Positions 45,155 to 53,610 of a DNA stretch of 64,000 nucleotides are shown here, one piece after another. The stretch is from an uncultured Solirubrobacterales bacterium (GTDB lineage: Bacteria > Actinomycetota > Thermoleophilia > Solirubrobacterales > 70-9). The stretch is taken from assembly GCA_963749365.1 (NCBI GenBank), contig CAVVME010000003.1:718603-782602 (forward strand). The letters are read 5' to 3'. The position numbers were made by a program, and so were the translations under genes. The notes below the pieces were generated by a model. That model saw only the letters and a list, made by a program, of their open reading frames with translations. It ran no database searches and was not told the origin of the DNA. How positions within the stretch are numbered: position 1 is the stretch's first letter; each line of letters opens with the position of its first letter.

Positions 45155-46696
45155 GTGGCAGTCGAGGGGGCTGAGCGCAGCAGGACGGCGCCGCGCCCGC
45201 GGACCCTCGCGGTGGCCGCGGCTGTCGTCGTCGCCCTGCTCTCGTTCGCCGGCTGCGACCTCGGCGGCGACGATCAGCCCGAGACGGCATCCGCGCCGGC
45301 GCAGGGCGATCCGATGCGCCTCGACCTGCTCGTCTACAACGTCGAGTACGGCGGCGGGCCGGAGACCGACCGGGTGATCCGCCGCCTCGACGCTGACGTG
45401 GTCGGAGTGCTCGAGTCATACGAGCGCCTGCCGGAGATCGCCCGCAAAACGGGTTATCCGTACTACAACACCTCGCTGCAGCTGCTGTCGAAGTACCCGA
45501 TCCTCGAGCCGTCCGGGGGCGACGGGCTCTATGCGCTGATCGAGGTCGAGCCCGGCTACGTGGTCCCGTTCTTCAACGTCCACCTCGACTACGTCGCGTG
45601 GGGTCCGCGGATGCTGCGCAACGGCCACCCCGTCGAGGCCGTGATCGAGAGCGAGAACGAGGTTCGGACGTCTGCGATGGAGGAACCGTTCGCCGCGATG
45701 TCAGAACTGCTTGAAAACGGCTACCCGATCTTCCTCACCGGGGACTTCAACCAGCCGTCGAGCCTCGACTACGTCGAGGAGACGGCCGGCAGCCGTCCGG
45801 AGATCCCCGAACCAGTTGCGTGGCCCGTCAGCGAGAAGCTGTTCGAGCTCGGGTTCCGCGACAGTTACCGGGAGGCGCATCCTGACCCGGTCGAGGACCC
45901 CGGCACCACTCACCGCAGCGGCGAGCGCATCGACTACGTCTACGCCGCCGGCCCGTCGACCACGCTCGACTCGAAGCTCGTCGGCGAGCCTGACGGTGAG
46001 GGCGTGGAGATCGAGGCGTCCCCGTGGACCTCGGACCACCGCGCGGTGCTCTCAAGCTTCGAGGTGACACCGGTGGCGATGCCGGCCCTGATCGCGGTCG
46101 ACGCGAGTCTGCGAACGCTCGGCGACGAGGTCACGGTGACCCACAACGTCCCCGGGTCCGACAGCAACCGGGTCGTGATCGTGCCCGAGGGCGGCGATCC
46201 GGCGGAAGCGGTCGAGACGCTCGAGGCCGCGGGCGAGCGCGGCACGACGGGGCTCGACACCGAGGGCTGGGACCCGGGGGCCTACGAGGTGGTATTGACG
46301 GACGGCGACGACGCCGAGGTCGCCCGCGTCTCGCTCTACCTTCGCGATCCGGAGGCGCAGCTCGAGCTCTCGACCGACCGGCGGAGCTACGAGCGCGGCG
46401 AGCCGATCGAGGCCTCCTGGACGCAGGCTCCCGCCAACCGCTGGGACTGGCTCGGCGTCTTCGAGGCGTCGGCGTCGGACCCCGAGAAGGACTCCTACCT
46501 GATCTGGACCTACGCGGCCGGCCATTCGGCCGGCACCCTCCCACCGACGACCGACGGCGGGGTCTCTCTCGGCCCCGGGAGCCAGGGCGCCCCGTGGCCG
46601 CTGCCCGCGGGCGATTACGTGCTCCACTACCTGCTCGCCGACCAGTACGAGTCGGCGGGCCAGACCGAGTTCAGCGTTCGCGGCGGCGGGCAGTAG
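45155..46696 (+). CDS. endonuclease/exonuclease/phosphatase (EEP) family lipoprotein with about 220-aa C-terminal duplicated beta-sandwich-like region
   Basis: 513 aa. Arg-rich n-region plus lipobox-like LLSFAGC. EEP motifs (LLVYNVEYGG, FLTGDFNQPS, IDYVYA, SDHRAV). The C-terminal half shows two similar modules of about 100 aa. Confidence 0.75.
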   Translation: MAVEGAERSRTAPRPRTLAVAAAVVVALLSFAGCDLGGDDQPETASAPAQGDPMRLDLLVYNVEYGGGPETDRVIRRLDADVVGVLESYERLPEIARKTGYPYYNTSLQLLSKYPILEPSGGDGLYALIEVEPGYVVPFFNVHLDYVAWGPRMLRNGHPVEAVIESENEVRTSAMEEPFAAMSELLENGYPIFLTGDFNQPSSLDYVEETAGSRPEIPEPVAWPVSEKLFELGFRDSYREAHPDPVEDPGTTHRSGERIDYVYAAGPSTTLDSKLVGEPDGEGVEIEASPWTSDHRAVLSSFEVTPVAMPALIAVDASLRTLGDEVTVTHNVPGSDSNRVVIVPEGGDPAEAVETLEAAGERGTTGLDTEGWDPGAYEVVLTDGDDAEVARVSLYLRDPEAQLELSTDRRSYERGEPIEASWTQAPANRWDWLGVFEASASDPEKDSYLIWTYAAGHSAGTLPPTTDGGVSLGPGSQGAPWPLPAGDYVLHYLLADQYESAGQTEFSVRGGGQ

Positions 46697-46738
46697 GCCA
46701 CCCGCGCCACGAGTGGCGTCTCTCGGCCTGGAATCAGC

Positions 46739-47131
46739 TCAGCTGCCGGCGAGCAGCTCGCGATAGGCGGCGACGTCGAGCAGCGACTCGACCTCGCCCG
46801 GATCGGCCAGCCGTACCTTGACCAGCCAGCCCTCGCCGTAGGGGTCCTCGTTGATCTGCTCGGGGCTGTCGGCGAGCGCCTCGTTGACCGCCACCACTTC
46901 TCCCGCGAGCGGTGCGATCACGTCCGAGACCGCCTTCACCGACTCGACCTCGGCGTAGGCTTCGTCGCTGACGAGCTGCCTGCCGAGCTCGGGCGGATCG
47001 AAGAAGACGACCTCGCCGAGCGCGTCCTGCGCGTACCAGGTGATCCCCAGGGTCGCCTGATCGCCCTCGACCCGCGCCCAGTCGTGCTCGGGGTGGTACT
47101 TGAGGTCGCCCGGATAGCTCTCGTCTGCCAA
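46739..47131 (-). CDS. gcvH: glycine cleavage system protein H
   Basis: 130 aa with the lipoyl-lysine motif VESVKAVSD. Confidence 0.93.
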   Translation of the reverse strand: MADESYPGDLKYHPEHDWARVEGDQATLGITWYAQDALGEVVFFDPPELGRQLVSDEAYAEVESVKAVSDVIAPLAGEVVAVNEALADSPEQINEDPYGEGWLVKVRLADPGEVESLLDVAAYRELLAGS

Positions 47132-47203
47132 ACCTCGCTCCTGTCTTTCAGCGGGTGGTTTCGGCGCAGGCTAACGCGCGACGACTGGGCCGGCCCGGCG
47201 ACC

Positions 47204-48301
47204 TCAGCGCGAGGCTGCGACCAGCGGCCGGGGCTCGACCCGCGCCGCGCGCCGCTTGCCGCGGACGTCGATCTCGATCTCGATCCCGGGCTCGGCAAGC
47301 TCGGAGCGCAGGTAGGCCATCCCGATCCCGCGCTCGAGCGAGGGCGAGAAGCTGCCGCTGGTCACCGCGCCGACCGGCTCGCCACCGGCGAGCACCGGGT
47401 TTCCCTGCCTCGGGATGCCGCGCTCGGTGAGCGCGAACGGCGCCAGCCGCTCGGCGGTGCCCGCGGCCCGCGCGGCGGCGACCGCCTCGGAGCCGATGAA
47501 GCCGGTCCGCTCGGCGCAGGCCCAGCCGAGGCCGGCCTCGATCGGGTTGCGCTCGGTCGAGACGTCTGAGCCGTAGAGGCAGAAGCAGGCCTCGAGCCGC
47601 AGCGTGTCGCGAGCCGCGAGCCCGGCGGGAACGGCGCCGGCGGCGAGCAGCTCGCCCCAGAGCGAGACGGCGAGGCCGGGCTCGACCAGGATCTCGACCC
47701 CGTCCTCGCCGGTGTAGCCGGTGCCGCAGACGAGCGCCTCGGCGCCGTTCGCCCACACCCGCCCCGGCAGGGCCGCGGACTGCATCCGCGGCGGCAACTG
47801 GCCCGCGAACAGGCCGGCGACAACCGCCCGCGCCCGTGGTCCCTGGACGGCGAGCATCGCGTAGTCGGCGAGCCGGTCCGACACCTCGGCGTCGAGGTCG
47901 GCGCCGTGATCGCGAAACCAGGCCAGATCGCGCTCGTGGTTGGCGGCGTTGGTGACGGTCAGGTAGCGCTCGGGCGCGAGCCGGTAGGTGATCAGGTCGT
48001 CGAGCACGCCGCCGTCCTCGCGGCAGAGGAGCGAGTACTGCGCCCCGCCCGGCTCGAGCTCGGTCAGGTCGTTGGAGAGCAGCCGCTGGAGCAGCTCGCC
48101 GGCGGCGGGGCCGGCGGTCTCGATCTCGCCCATGTGCGAGACGTCGAAGACCCCGCACGCCGAGCGCACCGCGAGGTGCTCGGGCCGCACACCCTCATAT
48201 GAGACCGGCATCTCCCAGCCCGCGAACTCGACCAGCCGTGCTCCGGCGTCGACGTGTGCCTGGTGCAGGGGCGTGCGCCGCAGCGCCGCGGTGGCGTCCA
48301 C
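47204..48301 (-). CDS. gcvT: glycine cleavage system aminomethyltransferase T
   Basis: 365 aa, GTG start. RTPLHQAH...FAGWEMPVSY...VFDVSHMGE motifs. Confidence 0.93.
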   Translation of the reverse strand: MDATAALRRTPLHQAHVDAGARLVEFAGWEMPVSYEGVRPEHLAVRSACGVFDVSHMGEIETAGPAAGELLQRLLSNDLTELEPGGAQYSLLCREDGGVLDDLITYRLAPERYLTVTNAANHERDLAWFRDHGADLDAEVSDRLADYAMLAVQGPRARAVVAGLFAGQLPPRMQSAALPGRVWANGAEALVCGTGYTGEDGVEILVEPGLAVSLWGELLAAGAVPAGLAARDTLRLEACFCLYGSDVSTERNPIEAGLGWACAERTGFIGSEAVAAARAAGTAERLAPFALTERGIPRQGNPVLAGGEPVGAVTSGSFSPSLERGIGMAYLRSELAEPGIEIEIDVRGKRRAARVEPRPLVAASR

Positions 48302-48321
48302 GCGCTCAGGCTATCGGCCGC

Positions 48322-49044
48322 TCAGCCGATCGCCTCGCCGCCGAACAGGCAGACGCCGCCGTCGCCGAAGACGCCGTTGCCGCCGACGCTGCCGTTCTTC
48401 GCCGCCGCCGCGACCGTGCCCCCGAGACCGGTGCCGTCGGGCGCCATCGCGTACCAGCGCCCGGTGTCGAGCGCCGAGGCATCGGGCTCGGCGACGGTCG
48501 CCAGCAGCTCGCGCTCGTTCTCGTCGGTCGCGACGTCCAGATACCCGCCCGTCCCTTCGAGCTGATCGGTGTCGCTCTCGAAGACGGCGCCGTCGGCGCT
48601 GGTCTCGACGTAGACGCGAGCGAAGACGGTGTCGGTATCGGTGCTGCGAAAGCACTTCGCATAGACGGTGAGCTGGCCCTCGCTCGCCAGGACCAGCTTC
48701 GGCGCGCTCGCGCGGGCGCTGACGGCGTCGGGACCATCGATCGCGCCGGCTCGCTCGAAGGAGTCGCCGAACGGGCGCACGGTCTGCACGCCCACGGCCT
48801 CGGGCACGGCCTCGAGCTTCTCCTCGAACACCTGCTTGCCCTTGAGCGCGTCGTTCTCGACATCGGAGCCGCGCACGGCCTTGCTCTGGATGTGCTTCGA
48901 GCGCACGGCGTTGCGCTTCAGGTCGACTGAGCCGACGGTGCTCTTGCCGGGCAGGGCGATCGCGGCCCCCGACATCGCGACGACCAGGGCGATCAGGGCG
49001 ACGATCAGCGCCGGCGAGGGTCGATAGGTGCGCGGCCGGTCCAT
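48322..49044 (-). CDS. N-terminally anchored extracytoplasmic hypothetical protein
   Basis: ORF trimmed to ATG (complement of 49042-49044). MDRPRTYRPSPALIVALIALVVAMSGAAIALPGKSTVGSVDLKRNAVRSKHIQSKAVRGSDV..., 240 aa. This anchor-plus-KxNAV pattern recurs in uncharacterised actinobacterial proteins (from memory). 37 nt after ftsZ and 20 nt before gcvT. Confidence 0.55.
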   Translation of the reverse strand: MDRPRTYRPSPALIVALIALVVAMSGAAIALPGKSTVGSVDLKRNAVRSKHIQSKAVRGSDVENDALKGKQVFEEKLEAVPEAVGVQTVRPFGDSFERAGAIDGPDAVSARASAPKLVLASEGQLTVYAKCFRSTDTDTVFARVYVETSADGAVFESDTDQLEGTGGYLDVATDENERELLATVAEPDASALDTGRWYAMAPDGTGLGGTVAAAAKNGSVGGNGVFGDGGVCLFGGEAIG

Positions 49045-49081
49045 CAGCCTGGCAAACCGCCGGCGGGCGGCGGAGTTGCGA

Positions 49082-50167
49082 TCAGCCCCCGCGCAGGAAG
49101 GGCGGCACGTCGATCTCGTCATCGGAGACGGTGAGCTCGCGCCGCTCGCGATCGCCGAGCGCCTCGACCTGGCGCCGACGGGCGCGCTCCCGGACCGGGA
49201 TCGGGCTCCGCGCCAGCGTCTCGAAGCCCTCGAAGCCGGTCGCGATCACGGTCACCCTGACCTCGTCCCCGAGGGTGGAGTCGATCACCGTGCCGAAGAT
49301 GATGTTGGCGCCCTTGTCGGCCGTCGAGACGATGATGTCGGCGGCCTCGTTGACCTCGAACAGGTTCAGGTCCTCCGAGCCGGTGAAGTTGAGCAGCATC
49401 CCGGTCGCGCCCTCGATCGACTCCTCCATCAGCGGCGAGTTGATCGCCATCTTCGCCGCCTCCTGGGCCCGGTTCTCGCCCGAGGCGGTGCCGATGCCCA
49501 TCATCGCCGAGCCGGCGTCGGACATCACCGTCCGCACGTCGGCGAAGTCGAGGTTGATCTGACCGGGGGTGGTGATCAGGTCAGTGATCCCCTGCACGCC
49601 CTGGCGCAGGATGTCGTCGGCCATCCGGAACGCCTCCTGCACGGAGGTGCGCCGCTCGACCACCTCGAGCAGCTTCTGGTTCGGGACGATGATCAGGGTG
49701 TCGACCTTGGCCCGCAGCTTGTCGATCCCGTCGAGCGCCTGCTGCATGCGTCGGTTGCCCTCGAAGTCGAACGGCTTGGTGACCACGCCGACGGTCAGTG
49801 CACCGATTTCCTCCTTGGCGATCTCGGCGATCACCGGCGCCGCGCCGGTGCCGGTCCCTCCGCCCTCCCCGGCGGTGACGAAGACCATGTCGGCGCCCTT
49901 GAGCGCCTCCTTGATGTCGTCGCGGGACTCGGCAGCGGCGCCGGCGCCGACGTCGGGATTCGCTCCCGCGCCGAGGCCCTTGGTCAGGTTGTGGCCGACC
50001 GCGAGCTTGATGTCGGCCTCGCAGGCCTGAAGCGCCTGCACATCGGTGTTGACGGCGATGAATTCGACGCCCTTGAGCCCGGCGTCGACCATGCGGCTGA
50101 CAGCGTTGGTGCCGCCGCCGCCGGCGCCCACCACCTTGATCACCGCGAGGTAGGACGACTCGACCAT
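49082..50167 (-). CDS. ftsZ: cell division protein FtsZ
   Basis: 361 aa. [14 protein letters not shown] and tubulin signature [18 protein letters not shown]. Confidence 0.95.
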   Translation of the reverse strand: MVESSYLAVIKVVGAGGGGTNAVSRMVDAGLKGVEFIAVNTDVQALQACEADIKLAVGHNLTKGLGAGANPDVGAGAAAESRDDIKEALKGADMVFVTAGEGGGTGTGAAPVIAEIAKEEIGALTVGVVTKPFDFEGNRRMQQALDGIDKLRAKVDTLIIVPNQKLLEVVERRTSVQEAFRMADDILRQGVQGITDLITTPGQINLDFADVRTVMSDAGSAMMGIGTASGENRAQEAAKMAINSPLMEESIEGATGMLLNFTGSEDLNLFEVNEAADIIVSTADKGANIIFGTVIDSTLGDEVRVTVIATGFEGFETLARSPIPVRERARRRQVEALGDRERRELTVSDDEIDVPPFLRGG

Positions 50168-50267
50168 TTCTCCCAGATGCTCCTAAGCGTTGACCCGTTC
50201 GGTTTCCGTCCGAGGTTGAAGCGAAGCTTGAGCGTTTGCCACTTCACTCAGCCTAGACGTCAACGCG

Positions 50268-50296
50268 ACCGTAGGGCATTGCGGCTTCGGTGTCAA
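50268..50296 (-). promoter_or_regulatory. candidate sigma-70-type ftsZ promoter: -35 TTGACA (50291-50296), 17-nt spacer, -10 TACGGT (50268-50273)
   Basis: Read on the minus strand: cgaTTGACAccgaagccgcaatgcccTACGGTcgcg. Consensus -35 and a TAnnnT -10. It would give a leader of about 95 nt. Confidence 0.4.
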
Positions 50297-50346
50297 TCGA
50301 AGCGCCCCGGCTCGGCACGGAATCGTGCAGCCGCCATACTCTGGAC

Positions 50347-50390
50347 TCCAAGTCGAGGGTTCAGATCGGCATCGAAACCCTCGACCTGGA
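50347..50390 (-). terminator. strong hairpin (15-bp stem with 1 mismatch, 14-nt loop) 22 nt downstream of the ftsQ stop; candidate terminator/processing element ahead of the ftsZ promoter
   Basis: Plus strand TCCAAGTCGAGGGTT-14 nt-AACCCTCGACCTGGA, paired base by base. No U-tract follows it. Confidence 0.35.
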
Positions 50391-50411
50391 CTGGAGACTG
50401 GGGGCGTGCGC

Positions 50412-51404
50412 CTACACCCCGCCGCCGACCGCGGGACGCTCCGGCACCCGCACGTCGACGTAGCCGGCCGCGGTCAATTTCGGGTCCGCGAGCACGGCCG
50501 CGGCGGCGTTCCACTTCTCGACCACCCGCTCGCCGGTGCCGAAGCGGATCGAGATCCCGCCCCGCAGGGTCAGCTCGACCCCGTAGTCGTCCCCGAGCTT
50601 GACCTCCTCGATCAGCGGTCGCAGCGGAGCCGGCGCCGCGCCCAGCACCAGCGCCTGCTCGAGCGCCTCTCCCGTGAGCGAGCCGGCGGCGGGGATCTGC
50701 TCGAGCTCGAGCACCGGCAGGCCCTCCTCGGGTGCCGGGACCCCGGCGAGCACCGTCCCGTCGGCCGCGATCGGCACCTGCTCGCCGGCGGCGCTGGCGA
50801 CCAGGCGCGGCGGACGTTCGTTGATCTCGATTCGCAGACCGTGAGGGAAGTTGGGATCGACGCTGACCGAGTCGACGGTCGGGAACCGGGCCGCCGCGCG
50901 CTCGATCCGCTCGGGGTCGGCGTGCAGGGTGGTCATCTGCTCGCCGACCTGGGTCAGCTCGGCGACGACCTGCTCGCGCTCGGGGCCGATCACGCCGACC
51001 ACCTCGACGTCGCTGACCGCGACCAGCGAGGAGTCGCGCAGCCAGAACAGATACCCGGCCCCGAGCGCGACGAGGGCGACGATCGCGATCACGATCCGGT
51101 AGCGCCAGCGAATCCGGCGCCGCGATCGTGCCGCCCCCCGGCGTGGGGAGGGGCGTCGACGCGGCCGCGGCCGCGCCTGCGAGCTCCGGCGCTGCGGCGG
51201 ACGCCGCGCGGAGCCGCGCTTCGGCTTCGTCTTCGTCTTGCTGCGCCGCGTCGCCGTGCCGCCGGCAGAGGAGCGCTTGCTCCGCGAGCGTTGCGTGGAG
51301 CGCGCCGCGCCCGACTTCGAGCGGCTGCGGCCGGCGGCGGTCGAGGCGCGCGATCTGCCCATCGCGGTTGGATTCGCCGTCAGAGCTTCCAGCCCTGCGG
51401 CCAC
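50412..51404 (-). CDS. ftsQ: cell division protein FtsQ/DivIB (POTRA domain) with long basic N-terminal extension
   Basis: 330 aa. An R/S/K-rich N-terminus of about 95 aa, a TM helix (IVIAIVALVALGAGYLFWL), then POTRA (VSDVEVVG...). The GTG at 51404 has GGTGAGG 4 nt upstream. An alternative ATG lies at 51362. Confidence 0.8.
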   Translation of the reverse strand: MAAGLEALTANPTAMGRSRASTAAGRSRSKSGAARSTQRSRSKRSSAGGTATRRSKTKTKPKRGSARRPPQRRSSQARPRPRRRPSPRRGAARSRRRIRWRYRIVIAIVALVALGAGYLFWLRDSSLVAVSDVEVVGVIGPEREQVVAELTQVGEQMTTLHADPERIERAAARFPTVDSVSVDPNFPHGLRIEINERPPRLVASAAGEQVPIAADGTVLAGVPAPEEGLPVLELEQIPAAGSLTGEALEQALVLGAAPAPLRPLIEEVKLGDDYGVELTLRGGISIRFGTGERVVEKWNAAAAVLADPKLTAAGYVDVRVPERPAVGGGV

Positions 51405-52291
51405 TCGACCTCACCCAGGACCTGGACCTCGGGCTCGAGCTCGACGCCGAACTGCGCGTGCACGCGGCGCCGACCCTCGGCCATCACCGCGAGCACCTCG
51501 GCCGTGCTCGCCGAGCCCGTGTTCTCGACGAAGTTGGCGTGCTTGAGCGAGAGCCGAGCGCCGCCGACGGCCAGCCCCCGGCAGCCGGCGGCATCGAGCA
51601 GCTGGCCTGCGCTGCGGCCCTCGGCGCGTGGGTCGTCGGGGTTCTTGAAGGTCGAGCCGAACGTCTTGATCCCCGACGGCTGGGCCTCGCGCCGCATGCC
51701 GCGCATCTCGGCCAGGATCGCCTTGACCGCGGCGGGCTCGGCCTCGGTGAGCGAGAACCCGGCACGCGAGACGACCTCGCCCGGGCGCAGGGACGAGCGC
51801 CGATAGGCGAATCCCAGCTCGCCGGGCGCCCGGCGCTCGGGACCGGTCGCGGTACAGATCGTCACCCAGTCGAGCACGGCACCGAGCTCGCCGCCGTATG
51901 CGTTCGCGTTCATCCGCACGGCGCCGCCGACCGTGCCCGGGATGTTGATCCCGAACTCGAGCCCCGCCAGCCCCCACCCCGCCGCCTTCGCCGCCGCGGA
52001 GGGAAGCCGGGCGCCGCCGCCGCACTCGACCCTCGTCCCCCGGCGTTCGATCGCGGCCAGCTCGCCACCCAGCTTCAGGACCAGGCCGCGGACCCCGGCA
52101 TCGGCGACCAGCAGGTTCGAGCCCGAGCCGACAACCTCGACCTCGACCCCCTCGGATCGCGCCCAGTCGAGCACCTCGACGAGCTCGGGCTCGGACGCCG
52201 GTCGGGCGAAGAGCTCCGCCGCTCCCCCGGCCCGGATCGTGGTCAAGCGGGCGAGCGAGTAGTCGCGCTCGATCCCAGCGGGCAGCGTCAC
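51380..52291 (-). CDS. murB: UDP-N-acetylenolpyruvoylglucosamine reductase
   Basis: ORF trimmed to the GTG (complement of 52289-52291) with GGAG 5 nt upstream and a GTGA overlap with the murC stop. LARLTTIRAGG and VVGSGSNLLVAD motifs. Confidence 0.9.
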   Translation of the reverse strand: MTLPAGIERDYSLARLTTIRAGGAAELFARPASEPELVEVLDWARSEGVEVEVVGSGSNLLVADAGVRGLVLKLGGELAAIERRGTRVECGGGARLPSAAAKAAGWGLAGLEFGINIPGTVGGAVRMNANAYGGELGAVLDWVTICTATGPERRAPGELGFAYRRSSLRPGEVVSRAGFSLTEAEPAAVKAILAEMRGMRREAQPSGIKTFGSTFKNPDDPRAEGRSAGQLLDAAGCRGLAVGGARLSLKHANFVENTGSASTAEVLAVMAEGRRRVHAQFGVELEPEVQVLGEVEWPQGWKL

Positions 52292-53610
52292 GCCGACTCC
52301 TCGATCAGCGCCTCGGCGAGCTCGTGGATGTCCCCGGCTCCGATCGTCACCAGCAGGTCGCCGGGCCCGAGCCGGTCCGCGAGCGCCCTGTGGGCCGTCT
52401 CCGCGTCCCGCAGCCACCAGACCGGCCGGCCACTAGCGCGGTCCGCCGTCGCCCGGGCGACGTCGAGGCCGCTGACACCGGCCAGCTCGCCGCGCGGCTG
52501 CTCGCGAGCCGCGTAGACATCGAGCACGCCGACCTCGTCGGCGCCGGCGAGGGCGGCCCCGAAACGCCCCGCGAGCGCCTTCGTGCGCGAGTAGAGGTGC
52601 GGCTGAAAGACGGCGATCAGGCGCCGAGGCCCGAGCTGGCGCAGCGCCGCAAGGGTCGCCGCGACCTCGGTCGGGTGATGGGCGTAGTCGTCGTAGATCT
52701 CGGCGCCCGACCTGCTGCCGCGCCGCTGTTGGCGACGCAGCATCCCGGGGAAGGAGTCGAGCGCGGTCGCCGCTCGATCGAGCGCGAAGCCGGCGAGCTC
52801 GAGCGCCGCCAGAGCCGCCCGCGCGTCGAGCACGTTGTGGGCGCCGGGGACCCGCAGGTCCAGGGGCGGGCCCGGGCGCTCGAGATCGAAGCGCACGGTT
52901 CGCTCGCCGCCACCGAGCGCCTCGACCTCGGGCCCGTCCGCGACCGCCGCCGCGGGCGCCTGGGCGGCGAAGCGGACAAAGGCCTCGCGCAGCTCCGCCA
53001 GCGAGCCCCAATCGGAGTGGTGGTCGAGCTCGACGTTGGTGACCACGGCGATCTCGGGGCGCAGAGAGAGGAAGCTGCGATCCGACTCGTCGGCCTCGGC
53101 GACGATCCACTCCCCCGCGCCCCAGTCGGCGTTGGCGGGTTCGCCCGCGGGCCCGGCCCCGGGCAGCTCGCCGCCGAGTAGGAAGCACGGGTCGGCGCCG
53201 AGCTCGCGCAGCGTGTGGACGAGCATCCCGGCCGTGGTCGTCTTGCCGTGGGTGCCGGCGACGGCGATCAGGCGCCGCAGGCCGCAGAGCTCGGCGAGCA
53301 GCTCGCCGCGGTGGATGATCCGCTGGCCGCGCTCGCGAGCGCGGGCGAGCTCGGGGTTGTCGTCGGCGATCGCGGTCGAGACGATCACCTCGGCGCCCAC
53401 CGGCACCAGCTCGGCGTCGTGCCCGACCCGCGGCTCGAGCCCGAGCTCGCGCAGCCGGCGCAGGTAGGAGCCCTCGGCGCGGTCGGAGCCGGTGACCCGG
53501 GCGCCGAGCTGCGCGCAGACGGCCGCCAGCCCGCTCATCCCGGCGCCGCCGATAGCGATGAAGTGAAGCTCGCGGTCGCGCCACGACCGCTCTGCGGAGC
53601 TCGCGCTCAC
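52288..53610 (-). CDS. murC: UDP-N-acetylmuramate--L-alanine ligase
   Basis: ORF trimmed to the GTG (complement of 53608-53610) that overlaps the murG stop. HFIAIGGAGMSGLA and AGTHGKTTT motifs. Confidence 0.92.
   Translation of the reverse strand: MSASSAERSWRDRELHFIAIGGAGMSGLAAVCAQLGARVTGSDRAEGSYLRRLRELGLEPRVGHDAELVPVGAEVIVSTAIADDNPELARARERGQRIIHRGELLAELCGLRRLIAVAGTHGKTTTAGMLVHTLRELGADPCFLLGGELPGAGPAGEPANADWGAGEWIVAEADESDRSFLSLRPEIAVVTNVELDHHSDWGSLAELREAFVRFAAQAPAAAVADGPEVEALGGGERTVRFDLERPGPPLDLRVPGAHNVLDARAALAALELAGFALDRAATALDSFPGMLRRQQRRGSRSGAEIYDDYAHHPTEVAATLAALRQLGPRRLIAVFQPHLYSRTKALAGRFGAALAGADEVGVLDVYAAREQPRGELAGVSGLDVARATADRASGRPVWWLRDAETAHRALADRLGPGDLLVTIGAGDIHELAEALIEESA

Noticed and set aside
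46705-46718. Short hairpins in convergent gaps as intrinsic terminators (CGCCAC-ga-GTGGCG at 46705-46718; GGACG-gaaa-CGTCC at 8202-8215).
   Set aside because: The stems are only about 5 bp, with tiny loops and no U-tracts. This is not enough to call them features.
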